A stretch of DNA of 64,000 bases from Terriglobales bacterium (lineage in GTDB: Bacteria > Acidobacteriota > Terriglobia > Terriglobales > Acidobacteriaceae), in contig JACQDD010000210.1 of assembly GCA_016201265.1 (NCBI GenBank), positions 3,102 to 67,101 on the forward strand, given 5' to 3'. A program made the translations under genes and the position numbers. Shown here piece by piece: positions 26,704 to 35,295 of this stretch. Positions within the stretch are counted from its first letter, which is position 1. Each line of letters begins with the position of its first letter. The notes beneath the pieces were generated by a model, which searched no databases, had not been told where the DNA came from, and saw only the letters and a program-made list of their open reading frames with translations.

Positions 26704-28734
26704 ATGAAAATCTCTCCCCATTGGCTGCGCGACTTCGTTGACCTTCCGGTTGACTACCGCCGTCTTGCGGATGAACTGACGCTCGCGGGCATCGCGGTCG
26801 AAGGCATTTCGGGCGAGCGCGAAAATACCGTCTTCGAGATGGAGATCACGACCAATCGTCCCGATGCTATGAATCATTACGGCGTGGCGCGCGAGGTCTC
26901 GGCGTTGTACGATCTGCCGCTCAGGCCGATTGAGGCCAAGCTGCCTGCGGCGAAAGGGAAATCCGACGTTACGATTGAGATTCAGGATCCCGAGCTTTGT
27001 CCGCGCTTCACTGCTCAGGAAATTCGCAATGCCACCATCAAGGCCTCGCCGACGAAGATTGCCAATCGCCTCGCCCTCCTGGACCAGCGCCCGATCAGCA
27101 ACGCTGTTGACGCCACCAACTACGTTCTGTGGGAGAGCGGCAAACCGACGCACGTCTTCGATCTCGACCTGCTTGAAGGGCGCAAGCTGGTGATTCGCCG
27201 GGCCGCGGACGGCGAGACTCTGAAGACGCTCGACGGCGTTGATCGCCAGCTCACGACTGAAGATCTGGTCGTGGCCGACGCGAAGAAACCCGTCGGGCTC
27301 GCCGGTGTCATGGGCGGCTACGACGCCATGATCACCGAGCAGACGCGGAACATTCTGATTGAATCGGCGTGGTGGGACCCGGTCACCGTTAGGCGCATGT
27401 CGAAGCGCCACGGACTGCACACCGACGCTTCGCACCGTTTCGAGCGCGGCGCGGATTTCGAGTCCACTGTCCTCTCGACGAACCGGGTGGCGCAGCTGAT
27501 CCTCGAATCTGGCGGCGGGGAGCTGATCGGCAGCGTCATCGACGTGATCGCGCGGAAGCTCGACCTGGCTCCGATCGAACTCGATCGCCGGGAAGTCAGG
27601 CGCATCCTCGGCGAAGAGCTGAGCGACCTGGAGATCAGCCGCATCCTGACTCGACTTGGTTTCGTGCTCCTTTCCGGCCCCGAGGGTGGTTACCTGGTGC
27701 ACATCCCCAGCTGGCGGCTCGATATCGAGCGCGAGATTGACCTGATCGAAGAAATTGCGCGCCTGCACGGTTACGACAAGTTTGCCAATACTTTGCCCGC
27801 CTGCACTGGCGGAGTCATCGACCAGCCCGACGCCGCCAAAGACTCGCGGCTGCGCTCTTCTCTGCTGGCGCTCGGCTACAACGAAGGCATCTCGCTGACG
27901 TTCGTTTCCAAGGACGATGCGAAGCGGTTTTCGGCGGCTCCCGAGATCGATCTTGCCAACCCGATCAGCGACGAAGCTTCGGTCATGAGGACATCCATGC
28001 TCCCGGGCATGCTGAACATGCTGGCCTACAACCTGAATCGCGGCACGGATAATGTGCGGCTGTTCGAAGCCGGGAATGTATTCGAAGCGGCGGGAGCGAA
28101 GACCGTCGAGTTGAAACGTCTATGCGTCGGCGCGACGGGAAAGGCTGCGGAGGGCGGAGCCCACCAGCCGGCCCGGCCGCTGTCATTCTTTGATCTGAAG
28201 GGTGATGTGGAAGACCTGCTGGCAGCGTTTACATCCTGGACGCTGTACTACGACGCGAACACAGCCGATTACTACCATCCCGGGCGCTCAGCGCGCGCGG
28301 TGATGGACGGCACAACGGTGGCTCAGTTCGGCCAGCTTCACCCCGACGTGGCAGCGGCCCGCAAGCTGCGTCAGGACGTTTTCGTTGGGGAAATCTTCCT
28401 CGACAGGCTCTACCAGCACGACTTGCGACAAGTGCGCTATGAGGCGTTGCCGCGCTTCCCTGGCGTGGAGCGTGACTTCTCGTTCGTCTTTGGCGATGCC
28501 GTCGTCTTCGAGAAGATTCGCCAGAGCGTTGTCGGTTTGGGTATTGCGGAGCTGCAGAGTTTCATTCCAGTGGAGATTTTCCGCGGGGAGAAGGTTGGCG
28601 TGGGCGAGTATTCGATCCTGGTGCGGGCCAAGTTTCAGTCCGCCGAGCGCACTCTGCGAGATGACGAGGTAGCGAAGTGGTGTAGGCAGATCGGCAGAGC
28701 CCTGGAATCACTGGGTGGCGTGCAGCGCGTTTAA
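26704..28734 (+). CDS. pheT: Phenylalanine--tRNA ligase beta subunit (short form lacking the B2 OB-fold tRNA-binding domain)
   Basis: 676 aa. MKISPHWLRDFVDL...LAGIAVEGISGE runs directly into TVFEMEITTNRPDAMNHYGVAREV. The B3/4, B5, B6/7 and C-terminal FDX-ACB-like regions are present. Confidence 0.92.
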   Translation: MKISPHWLRDFVDLPVDYRRLADELTLAGIAVEGISGERENTVFEMEITTNRPDAMNHYGVAREVSALYDLPLRPIEAKLPAAKGKSDVTIEIQDPELCPRFTAQEIRNATIKASPTKIANRLALLDQRPISNAVDATNYVLWESGKPTHVFDLDLLEGRKLVIRRAADGETLKTLDGVDRQLTTEDLVVADAKKPVGLAGVMGGYDAMITEQTRNILIESAWWDPVTVRRMSKRHGLHTDASHRFERGADFESTVLSTNRVAQLILESGGGELIGSVIDVIARKLDLAPIELDRREVRRILGEELSDLEISRILTRLGFVLLSGPEGGYLVHIPSWRLDIEREIDLIEEIARLHGYDKFANTLPACTGGVIDQPDAAKDSRLRSSLLALGYNEGISLTFVSKDDAKRFSAAPEIDLANPISDEASVMRTSMLPGMLNMLAYNLNRGTDNVRLFEAGNVFEAAGAKTVELKRLCVGATGKAAEGGAHQPARPLSFFDLKGDVEDLLAAFTSWTLYYDANTADYYHPGRSARAVMDGTTVAQFGQLHPDVAAARKLRQDVFVGEIFLDRLYQHDLRQVRYEALPRFPGVERDFSFVFGDAVVFEKIRQSVVGLGIAELQSFIPVEIFRGEKVGVGEYSILVRAKFQSAERTLRDDEVAKWCRQIGRALESLGGVQRV

Positions 28735-28737
28735 GCT

Positions 28738-29568
28738 ATGAGAGAGACCATAGCCGCCATGCGAACGGAACGAGTTCTGCCTGTCGACGACGTCGCTCTG
28801 TCGTATTGCGAGGCAGGCGATGGCCGCAAGGCCGTGTTGCTGATTCACGGGCATCCTTTCAACCGCACAATGTGGCATCCGCAGGTGCGGTTCTTAAAAG
28901 CCACCTACCGCGTGGTCGTTCCGGATTTACGGGGTTACGGGAAGAGTTCATTGCCAGCCGGGTGCCGCGAAACGAGGCTGGAGACATTTGCCGCGGACAA
29001 CCTGGCGCTGATGGACGCTCTCGGCGTATCGAAGTTTGTGCTCGGCGGTCTCTCGATGGGCGGCCAGATTGTGCTCGAAATGTTCCGGCAAGCTCCTGAT
29101 CGTATCGAGGCTCTGTTGCTTGCGGATACCTTCGCAGGGCTTGATAGCGCAGAACGAAAACAACTGCGTTTCACGACCGCAGATCGCCTGGAACGGGAAG
29201 GAATGGAGGGATACGCCCGTGAAGAACTAACGAAGATGATCACACCCGCCAATGCCGAACGGCTCCCCGATGTCGCGGCACACGTAATGGAAATGATGAC
29301 CACAACCCCACGCTCGGGAGCTGCGGCGGCGCTCCGCGGACGCGCGCAACGCATCGACTATCTCCCAACACTTCGGGAAATTCGGCTGCCGACCCTCGTG
29401 GCCGTGGGAAGAGAAGACGCCTATACGCCCGTGGCTTTAGCTGAGCAACTACACGCAGACATTCTCGGATCGAAGCTCGCCGTGATCGAAGGTGCCGGGC
29501 ACATGCCGAATTTGGAGCAACCCGATGCTTTCAACGCAGTCTTGGGAGCGTGGATGCAAGGGCTGTGA
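28738..29568 (+). CDS. Alpha/beta hydrolase
   Basis: 276 aa. It has the HG oxyanion motif LLIHGHPFN, the nucleophile elbow GLSMGG and a C-terminal GAGHMPNLEQP. Confidence 0.85.
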   Translation: MRETIAAMRTERVLPVDDVALSYCEAGDGRKAVLLIHGHPFNRTMWHPQVRFLKATYRVVVPDLRGYGKSSLPAGCRETRLETFAADNLALMDALGVSKFVLGGLSMGGQIVLEMFRQAPDRIEALLLADTFAGLDSAERKQLRFTTADRLEREGMEGYAREELTKMITPANAERLPDVAAHVMEMMTTTPRSGAAAALRGRAQRIDYLPTLREIRLPTLVAVGREDAYTPVALAEQLHADILGSKLAVIEGAGHMPNLEQPDAFNAVLGAWMQGL

Positions 29569-29663
29569 TGTATATCAGGTGATACGCTCCGGTTGTCCAC
29601 CCCGCCGGACACCCGAAGGCGGCTGTCCCTACGTGAGCATTTCCTGTGCTAGTCTGACTCTCC

Positions 29664-30863
29664 ATGGCACAGCTTTCTGGCCTTCCCAAACACTATCTCA
29701 GCGACAAGGTGGAGCATTTTACCGAGTCCGTGATCCGCGAGATGACCCGCCAGGCGATGCAGTATGGCGCCATCAATCTGGCGCAGGGGTTTCCGGATTT
29801 TTCCGCTCCCGCGGAGATCAAGCAAGCCGCACAGGATGCCATCGCGGCCGACGTGAACCAATACGCTATTACCTGGGGCGCGAAGAATCTGCGCAATGCC
29901 ATCGCCCGGCAGATGCAGGAGTGGCAGGGGATTCACGTCGATCCGGAGAAGGAAATCGTGGTGTGCTGCGGCTCGACCGAAGCGATGATCGCCACGCTTC
30001 TTGCCGTTTGCAACAAGGGTGACGAAGTCGTGGTCTTCGAGCCCTTCTACGAGAACTATGGGCCGGACTCGGTCCTGAGCGGGGCCAAACCGCGATTCGT
30101 CAGTTTGCGTCCGCCGCAGACACCCGAAGGCGATTGGACCTTTGACGAACAGGAACTTCGCGAGGCGTTCCAACACCACACCAAGGCGATCATCCTGAAC
30201 ACGCCCAACAACCCGACGGGCAAAGTTTTCAATCGGAAGGAACTCGAACTGATCCGCGACCTGTGCGTCGAGTACAACGTGCTCGCCATCACGGACGAGA
30301 TCTACGAGCACATTCTGTACGACGGTGCCCAACATATTTCGATTGCGCGCCTTGAGGGCATGCGCGAGCGCACCATCACGATCAACGGGCTCTCGAAGAG
30401 CTACAGCGTGACGGGTTGGCGTGTGGGCTGGGCGGTGGCGCCGCCAGCGATCACGAACGCCATCCGCAAAGTGCACGACTTTCTCACCGTGGGCGCACCC
30501 GCTCCTTTACAGGAGGCCGGGGCGGCCGCCCTGGGCCTGCCTGCGCGTTACTATCACGAATTGGCGGAGAAATACCGGACGCGGCGCGACCACCTGATTC
30601 CCGCGCTCGAGAATGCCGGTTTCCGCTGCTATCGGCCCTGGGGCGCGTACTACGTGATGACCGACATCAGCGGCTTCGGGTTCAAGAGCGACGTGGAGTT
30701 CGCCGGCTGCCTGGTGAAAGAAATCGGGATCGCTTGTGTGCCGGGATCGAGCTTCTACCAGCACCCGAAAGACGGATCCCAACAGGTACGTTTCGCCTTC
30801 TGCAAGAAGCCTGAGACCCTGGACGAGGCGGCGCGGCGGCTGTCCAAACTGCTTCGAAAGTAG
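29664..30863 (+). CDS. PLP-dependent aminotransferase, class I (YbdL/kynurenine aminotransferase-like)
   Basis: 399 aa. INLAQGFPDF, NTPNNPTGKVF and the SKSYSVTGWRVGW lysine motif are present. Confidence 0.9.
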   Translation: MAQLSGLPKHYLSDKVEHFTESVIREMTRQAMQYGAINLAQGFPDFSAPAEIKQAAQDAIAADVNQYAITWGAKNLRNAIARQMQEWQGIHVDPEKEIVVCCGSTEAMIATLLAVCNKGDEVVVFEPFYENYGPDSVLSGAKPRFVSLRPPQTPEGDWTFDEQELREAFQHHTKAIILNTPNNPTGKVFNRKELELIRDLCVEYNVLAITDEIYEHILYDGAQHISIARLEGMRERTITINGLSKSYSVTGWRVGWAVAPPAITNAIRKVHDFLTVGAPAPLQEAGAAALGLPARYYHELAEKYRTRRDHLIPALENAGFRCYRPWGAYYVMTDISGFGFKSDVEFAGCLVKEIGIACVPGSSFYQHPKDGSQQVRFAFCKKPETLDEAARRLSKLLRK

Positions 30864-30929
30864 CGCAAATTCCACAGGGAACTGCGCTATACTTCGCCTC
30901 AATGCCGGGAGAAATTCCCCCGAAAGCGA

Positions 30930-31238
30930 GTGGCGCTCATGTCCGTGAAAGCCGAGGAAGAGGTATCTGCCCAGGTTCCTGCTGAAGATTTTCAAGCGCT
31001 GGAAGAGAAGGTTTATCGCACCATTGAGTTATACAAGGCCGCCAAAGAAGCCCGGGCCGCCGCCGAGCGCGACGTCAAGCGCCTGCGGGAGCAACTCGAA
31101 GAGCGCGAGGAAGAGAACGAAAACATGCGCCGCGAACTGGTAAAGCTGCGCAAGGAGCGCGAGGAGATTCGGGGGCGGGTGGAAAAAATGCTGACCCAGA
31201 TGGAAAGCCTGGCGCAGGAACAAGCGGCGGCCAGCTAA
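30930..31238 (+). CDS. Coiled-coil protein, ZapB-like
   Basis: 102 aa (or from ATG at 30939). It has an Glu/Arg/Lys-rich heptad-like coiled coil and sits immediately upstream of zapA. Confidence 0.55.
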   Translation: MALMSVKAEEEVSAQVPAEDFQALEEKVYRTIELYKAAKEARAAAERDVKRLREQLEEREEENENMRRELVKLRKEREEIRGRVEKMLTQMESLAQEQAAAS

Positions 31239-31273
31239 AACATCGCGGGGAGAATCCCCAGCGCAGGAGTGAA

Positions 31274-31609
31274 ATGGCGACGGCGACCAAGCAACCACCG
31301 ACCAAGGATGCCGCGAACGGAAGCGTGCGGGTGGAGATCTTCGACCAGGTCTACAACCTGCGCGGTTCGGATGCGGACTACATTCTGAAACTCGCCGAGT
31401 ATGTGGACATGAAGATGCGCGCGGTCTCCGAGCAGACCGCCACAGTCGATTCGGTGCGGCTGGCCGTTTTGGCTGCCCTAAATATTGCGGACGAATATCA
31501 TCTGCTGAAGCGGCGCGTGGAGGTGCCGGCGCCGGAAGTCCGGCAGCGCGCTAGTAAACTGGAGAGCGCGCTCGACGAAGTTTTGCAAGATACCCGCCGC
31601 ACCGGGTGA
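31274..31609 (+). CDS. zapA: Cell division protein ZapA
   Basis: 111 aa. VRVEIFDQVYNLRGSDADYILKLAEYVDMKMRAV...LAVLAALNIADEY matches the ZapA pattern. Confidence 0.8.
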   Translation: MATATKQPPTKDAANGSVRVEIFDQVYNLRGSDADYILKLAEYVDMKMRAVSEQTATVDSVRLAVLAALNIADEYHLLKRRVEVPAPEVRQRASKLESALDEVLQDTRRTG

Positions 31610-31922
31610 AGTCCTTCGTAACCTGCCGTTCCTGCGAGATCGCAGACGCGTAGCAACCTTCCTGCCAACTATTTGTGTTTTGCCTCTTGCGAATCTCTGA
31701 GGGATTTCCTAGCATCGAACTGGAAAGCCGGCCTGCTAGGTTGGTGCTGGTGGTCACCGATTTTTGAACCAATGCAGAATGAACGGGGACTCGACTCGAA
31801 CTAGGATCCGGTGTGCCATGTTCCGCCATGCGGAAAGGCCTAAAGGGTCTCGGCGGGTTCCCAACGTCTAACAGGCGGGTTCATTCTCGGCCCATCAACA
31901 CGGCGGTGCGGGTCGGCTTTTT

Positions 31923-31954
31923 CAGCACTTGGCACTTGGCATTTAGCACTTGGC
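31923..31954. repeat. Heptamer tandem array (CACTTGG/CATTTAG)
   Basis: CAGCACTTGGCACTTGGCATTTAGCACTTGGC, preceded by GGCTTTTTC. Confidence 0.88.
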
Positions 31955-32053
31955 TCTTGTGCTTCACGACGAGAATGCTTCCTGGGACCTGTGACCTCCT
32001 CTCCTGCTAGACTTCTGTCAGTACACTGCCCAAACCGGAGCATCTAAACCAAC

Positions 32054-32860
32054 GTGTTTCCCCGACTCTTCCACATTGGCAGCTTCAACCTGCCCACCTA
32101 CGGATTCCTGGTCGCGGCTGGCGTACTCATTGGGCTCTGGATCAGCGTGCGCAATTCCGAGAAACAGGGGATCAATGGCGATGACGCCTGGAACCTGGGC
32201 ATTCTCGTGGTTCTGGCGGGTATCGTAGGCGCCAAACTCCTGCTCATCGTCAACGAGTGGGACAACTATGCTGGCAATCTTAGACAGATCTTCAGTCTGA
32301 ACACCTTGCAGTCGGGGGGAGTTTTTTCCGGTGGCCTGATAGGGGCGCTGCTGATGGCAGCCTGGTATATGCGCCGTCACCGGATGCCGGCTTTGCGGAC
32401 CTGCGACGGATTTGCGCCCGGCCTCGCGTTTGGACACGTGCTCGGACGATTTGGTTGCTTTTCCGCCGGCTGCTGTTTTGGCAAAGAGACCCATCATTCC
32501 TGGGGCGTGATTTTTGCCAACCCTCTGGCCCACGACTGGTCGGGAACTCCGTTGGGAAAGTCGCTGGAACCCACGCAACTGATCGAAGCCGCGGCTGAGT
32601 TTTTCAATTTTGTTCTTCTGATGTGGCTGCTCAAGCGCAAGAAGTTCGACGGGCAAGTGTTTGGCAGCTTCATGATCCTTTACGGGATCGAGCGGTACTT
32701 CATCGAGTTTCTGCGCGGTGATCCGGGGCGCGGCTTGGTGTTCGGCGGGCTGATGACTGGGACGCAGCTGATTTCCATCTTCCTCGTGATCGGCGGCGGG
32801 CTGATCTGGTGGCTGAAGAGTGGAACGTCGAAGGCATTGGCGGCGGAAAGCGGCACTTAG
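32054..32860 (+). CDS. lgt: Prolipoprotein diacylglyceryl transferase
   Basis: 268 aa with a GTG start. It has multiple TM helices, and GRFGCFSAGCCFGKET is the Lgt signature. Confidence 0.9.
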   Translation: MFPRLFHIGSFNLPTYGFLVAAGVLIGLWISVRNSEKQGINGDDAWNLGILVVLAGIVGAKLLLIVNEWDNYAGNLRQIFSLNTLQSGGVFSGGLIGALLMAAWYMRRHRMPALRTCDGFAPGLAFGHVLGRFGCFSAGCCFGKETHHSWGVIFANPLAHDWSGTPLGKSLEPTQLIEAAAEFFNFVLLMWLLKRKKFDGQVFGSFMILYGIERYFIEFLRGDPGRGLVFGGLMTGTQLISIFLVIGGGLIWWLKSGTSKALAAESGT

Positions 32861-32884
32861 CACTTGGCACTTAGCCTTTAGCTC
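32851..32884. repeat. Heptamer tandem array (CACTTAG/CACTTGG) spanning the lgt stop codon
   Basis: CGGCACTTAGCACTTGGCACTTAGCCTTTAGCTC. It lies between the convergent lgt and ligD genes. Confidence 0.88.
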
Positions 32885-32892
32885 AACACCCG

Positions 32893-34755
32893 CTATTCGC
32901 TACTTGGCAATGCGCCTTCCAGTCTGCACTCCTTCGGATCCTTGTCGAACCGCAGCCCGAGAAACACGGGCGCGCGCAGCTTCATTCCTCCTTCGGCGGT
33001 CTCGTGCGTCCACTCGGAGAACTTGATCTCGGCCATCAGTTCCGGGCGCACGAAGTGGACCTGGTGCAGGCCGCCGATCTCGCCATGAAACGGGTTGGTC
33101 TTCGTTTCGAGTGGGCGCAGACGCTCGAATATCTGCTTCAAACTTTTCTGATCGAAGCCGCTGCCGGCCTGGCCCACGTGGATGAGGCGTCCGCGCTTAT
33201 CGTAGAGGCCGAGCACCACCGAGCCGAAATATTGGCGGCTGCCTTCCGGGTCGGTGTAGCCGCCGATGACGCACTCCTGTCGCTGCGTGATCTTGATCTT
33301 CAGCCATTCCCGCGACCGTTCCTCCTGATAAACGCTGTCGCGCTTCTTGGCGACGATCCCTTCCAGGCCGCGCTGCTTGGCCGCGTCAAACAGGGCGCGG
33401 CCTTTTTCGGCATAGTGGTCAGAGAAGTGGACAACGTCTCCGTTTTCTAGCACGGACTGGAGCAGTTCTTTACGTTTCTCCAGGCTCACCCGGCGCAGGT
33501 CGTAGCCGTCGAGGTAAAGCAGGTCGAAGGCGTAGTACAGGACCGGAACTCCTTCGCGGCGCGGGAGGCGGCGTTTACCGGGCTGGAATCTGGTGCGCTG
33601 CTGCATCAGGCTGAACGACGGACGGCCGTGTTCGTCGAGGGCAACGATCTCTCCGTCGAGGACGGCGCGCCGGGCCTTTACGCACTTGGGCAAGTCGCGG
33701 AGTTCGGGAAACTGCGCGCTGAGATCGTTCTGGTTGCGCGAGACCAGACGCACGGCGCGGTCTGCGATGAAGGCGATGGCGCGATAGCCGTCCCACTTGA
33801 TCTCGAACAGCCAGCCGGGATTGTCGAAAGGCTCGTCAATAGAGGTGGCGAGCATCGGGTGGATCGCGGTGGGCATGGGCTTCTCGACGGCACCGGGTAA
33901 ACCCTTTACCACAGAGGACACAGGGGACACAGAGGAGTTCTTGTTTGTTACCCTCGATGGGGATGCCGGTCTCGCGCTAGCAGCGGCGCGTCGTCCGGAT
34001 GCGCTCTTCTTCTTGCTTTTCTCTGTGTCCCCTGTGTCCTCTGTGGTTAAGGCTTTTCGCTTTTTGTCGGCGCGCGCCACAGCCTCCGCCAACCAAGCGG
34101 CTTTCAACTTGCCGCGCGTCGCTGGGCGGCTGCTGGTCCATTCTGCCGAACCTTGGTCTCCGGCGATCTCGGCCATGGTGCGGCCGGTCAGCACTGAGGT
34201 GTCGTACTGGTCGATGTCGAATCCGGCGACGATGTCGTTGTCTTTCTTCTTGATCAGGAGCCATTCGGTTCCCTTGCTTCCCGGCCGGCGGCCCGTGATG
34301 TGCACCAGCGCGAAGTCGCCGTTCAGCCGCTTCCCTTTCAGCCGGAATTTGAGATCGCCCTTGGCCAACATGGCGGCAGCTTCTTTTTCCGTGCCGGGGA
34401 CGTACTCTCCGTTTACAGGAACCGGAGAGAGCGGTTGCCAGGTACCCACGTCCCAGACCATCACCGTCCCGCCGCCGTAGTTGCCTTCGGGGATGGTGCC
34501 TTCGAAATCGAAATACGAGACGGGATGATCTTCCACCTGCATGGCCAGGCGCTTGTCGGCGGGATCGAGTGAAGGGCCTTTGGGGACGGCCCACGATTTC
34601 AGCACGCCTTCCATTTCCAGGCGGAAGTCGTAATGCAAGCGGGTGGCAGCGTGGCACTGCACGACGAAGCGATGCTTCGACTGCTTTTCAATTTTCGGCG
34701 GGGGTTCAGGCGTTTCCTCGAAGCGCCGTTTTCGTTTGTATTCCTCGAGGGACAT
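32893..34755 (-). CDS. ligD: ATP-dependent DNA ligase LigD (3'-phosphoesterase + ligase domains; no polymerase domain)
   Basis: 620 aa. The N-terminal [33 protein letters not shown] is the phosphoesterase-domain signature. The ligase motif I is EIKWDGYR. An OB-fold domain follows. Confidence 0.9.
   Translation of the reverse strand: MSLEEYKRKRRFEETPEPPPKIEKQSKHRFVVQCHAATRLHYDFRLEMEGVLKSWAVPKGPSLDPADKRLAMQVEDHPVSYFDFEGTIPEGNYGGGTVMVWDVGTWQPLSPVPVNGEYVPGTEKEAAAMLAKGDLKFRLKGKRLNGDFALVHITGRRPGSKGTEWLLIKKKDNDIVAGFDIDQYDTSVLTGRTMAEIAGDQGSAEWTSSRPATRGKLKAAWLAEAVARADKKRKALTTEDTGDTEKSKKKSASGRRAAASARPASPSRVTNKNSSVSPVSSVVKGLPGAVEKPMPTAIHPMLATSIDEPFDNPGWLFEIKWDGYRAIAFIADRAVRLVSRNQNDLSAQFPELRDLPKCVKARRAVLDGEIVALDEHGRPSFSLMQQRTRFQPGKRRLPRREGVPVLYYAFDLLYLDGYDLRRVSLEKRKELLQSVLENGDVVHFSDHYAEKGRALFDAAKQRGLEGIVAKKRDSVYQEERSREWLKIKITQRQECVIGGYTDPEGSRQYFGSVVLGLYDKRGRLIHVGQAGSGFDQKSLKQIFERLRPLETKTNPFHGEIGGLHQVHFVRPELMAEIKFSEWTHETAEGGMKLRAPVFLGLRFDKDPKECRLEGALPSSE
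33906..34050. repeat. 29-bp near-perfect inverted repeat with 86-bp spacer, inside the ligD coding sequence
   Basis: 33906-33934 (TTACCACAGAGGACACAGGGGACACAGAG) is the reverse complement of 34021-34050 (CTCTGTGTCCCCTGTGTCCTCTGTGGTTAA) apart from one indel. The flank GGTTAAGGCTTTTCGC resembles the dispersed core GGTTAAAGCTTTTGACCGC. Confidence 0.9.
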
Positions 34756-34766
34756 GGTGGGTATTG

Positions 34767-34834
34767 TAGTTCGGAGTTCGGAGTTCGGAGTTCGGAGTTC
34801 GCAAAACGCCCTCTACACCGAACTACGAACTACG
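34767..34834. repeat. Heptamer array (GAGTTCG x5) with a short inverted partner
   Basis: GTAGTTCGGAGTTCGGAGTTCGGAGTTCGGAGTTCGC ... CACCGAACTACGAACTACG. It lies in the divergent ligD/NUDIX intergenic region. Confidence 0.88.
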
Positions 34835-34859
34835 TTCTGGCTGTACACTGCCTCTTCGT

Positions 34860-35294
34860 ATGAGCCGTGAGTACCCTGACAATCCCCTGGTGGGCGTGGG
34901 CGCCGTCATTGTCCAGGACGGTCGCGTCCTGCTGATCCGGCGAGGGCAGGCGCCATTGCTGGGCGATTGGTCGTTGCCAGGGGGCGTGCTGGAGTGCGGG
35001 GAGACGCTGCGGGAAGCGACGATCCGCGAGGCTCGTGAAGAAACCGGGCTGGTGGTGGAATCGATCGAGATGTTAGGCGTGTATGAGCGCATCATCCGAG
35101 CGGAGGATGGGCGCACCCGCTATCACTATGTTTTGATCGATTTCCTCTGCCGTCCCCTTGCCGGCAACCTGAAGGCAGGCAGCGACGCCGCCGACGTCCG
35201 GTGGTTCGCCCCGGAGGAATTACCCGGCCTGAAGCTCCCCGCGGATACACTCGAAGTGATCCATCGGGGACTTCAAGCGCCTGCAGATCGGTAG
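34860..35294 (+). CDS. NUDIX hydrolase
   Basis: 144 aa with the Nudix box GGVLECGETLREATIREAREETGL. Confidence 0.87.
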   Translation: MSREYPDNPLVGVGAVIVQDGRVLLIRRGQAPLLGDWSLPGGVLECGETLREATIREAREETGLVVESIEMLGVYERIIRAEDGRTRYHYVLIDFLCRPLAGNLKAGSDAADVRWFAPEELPGLKLPADTLEVIHRGLQAPADR

Positions 35295-35295
35295 T

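Noticed and set aside
31700-31920. RNase P RNA or tmRNA in the zapA-lgt spacer (GGAAAGCCGG resembles the RNase P GGAAAGUCCGG; GGGGACTCGACTCGAAC weakly resembles a tmRNA 5' end)
   Set aside because: The region is too short for RNase P RNA. It lacks the other universally conserved P4/J-region strings, and it lacks a tRNA-like 3' end (no T-arm or CCA-proximal acceptor stem) and a tag reading frame for tmRNA.
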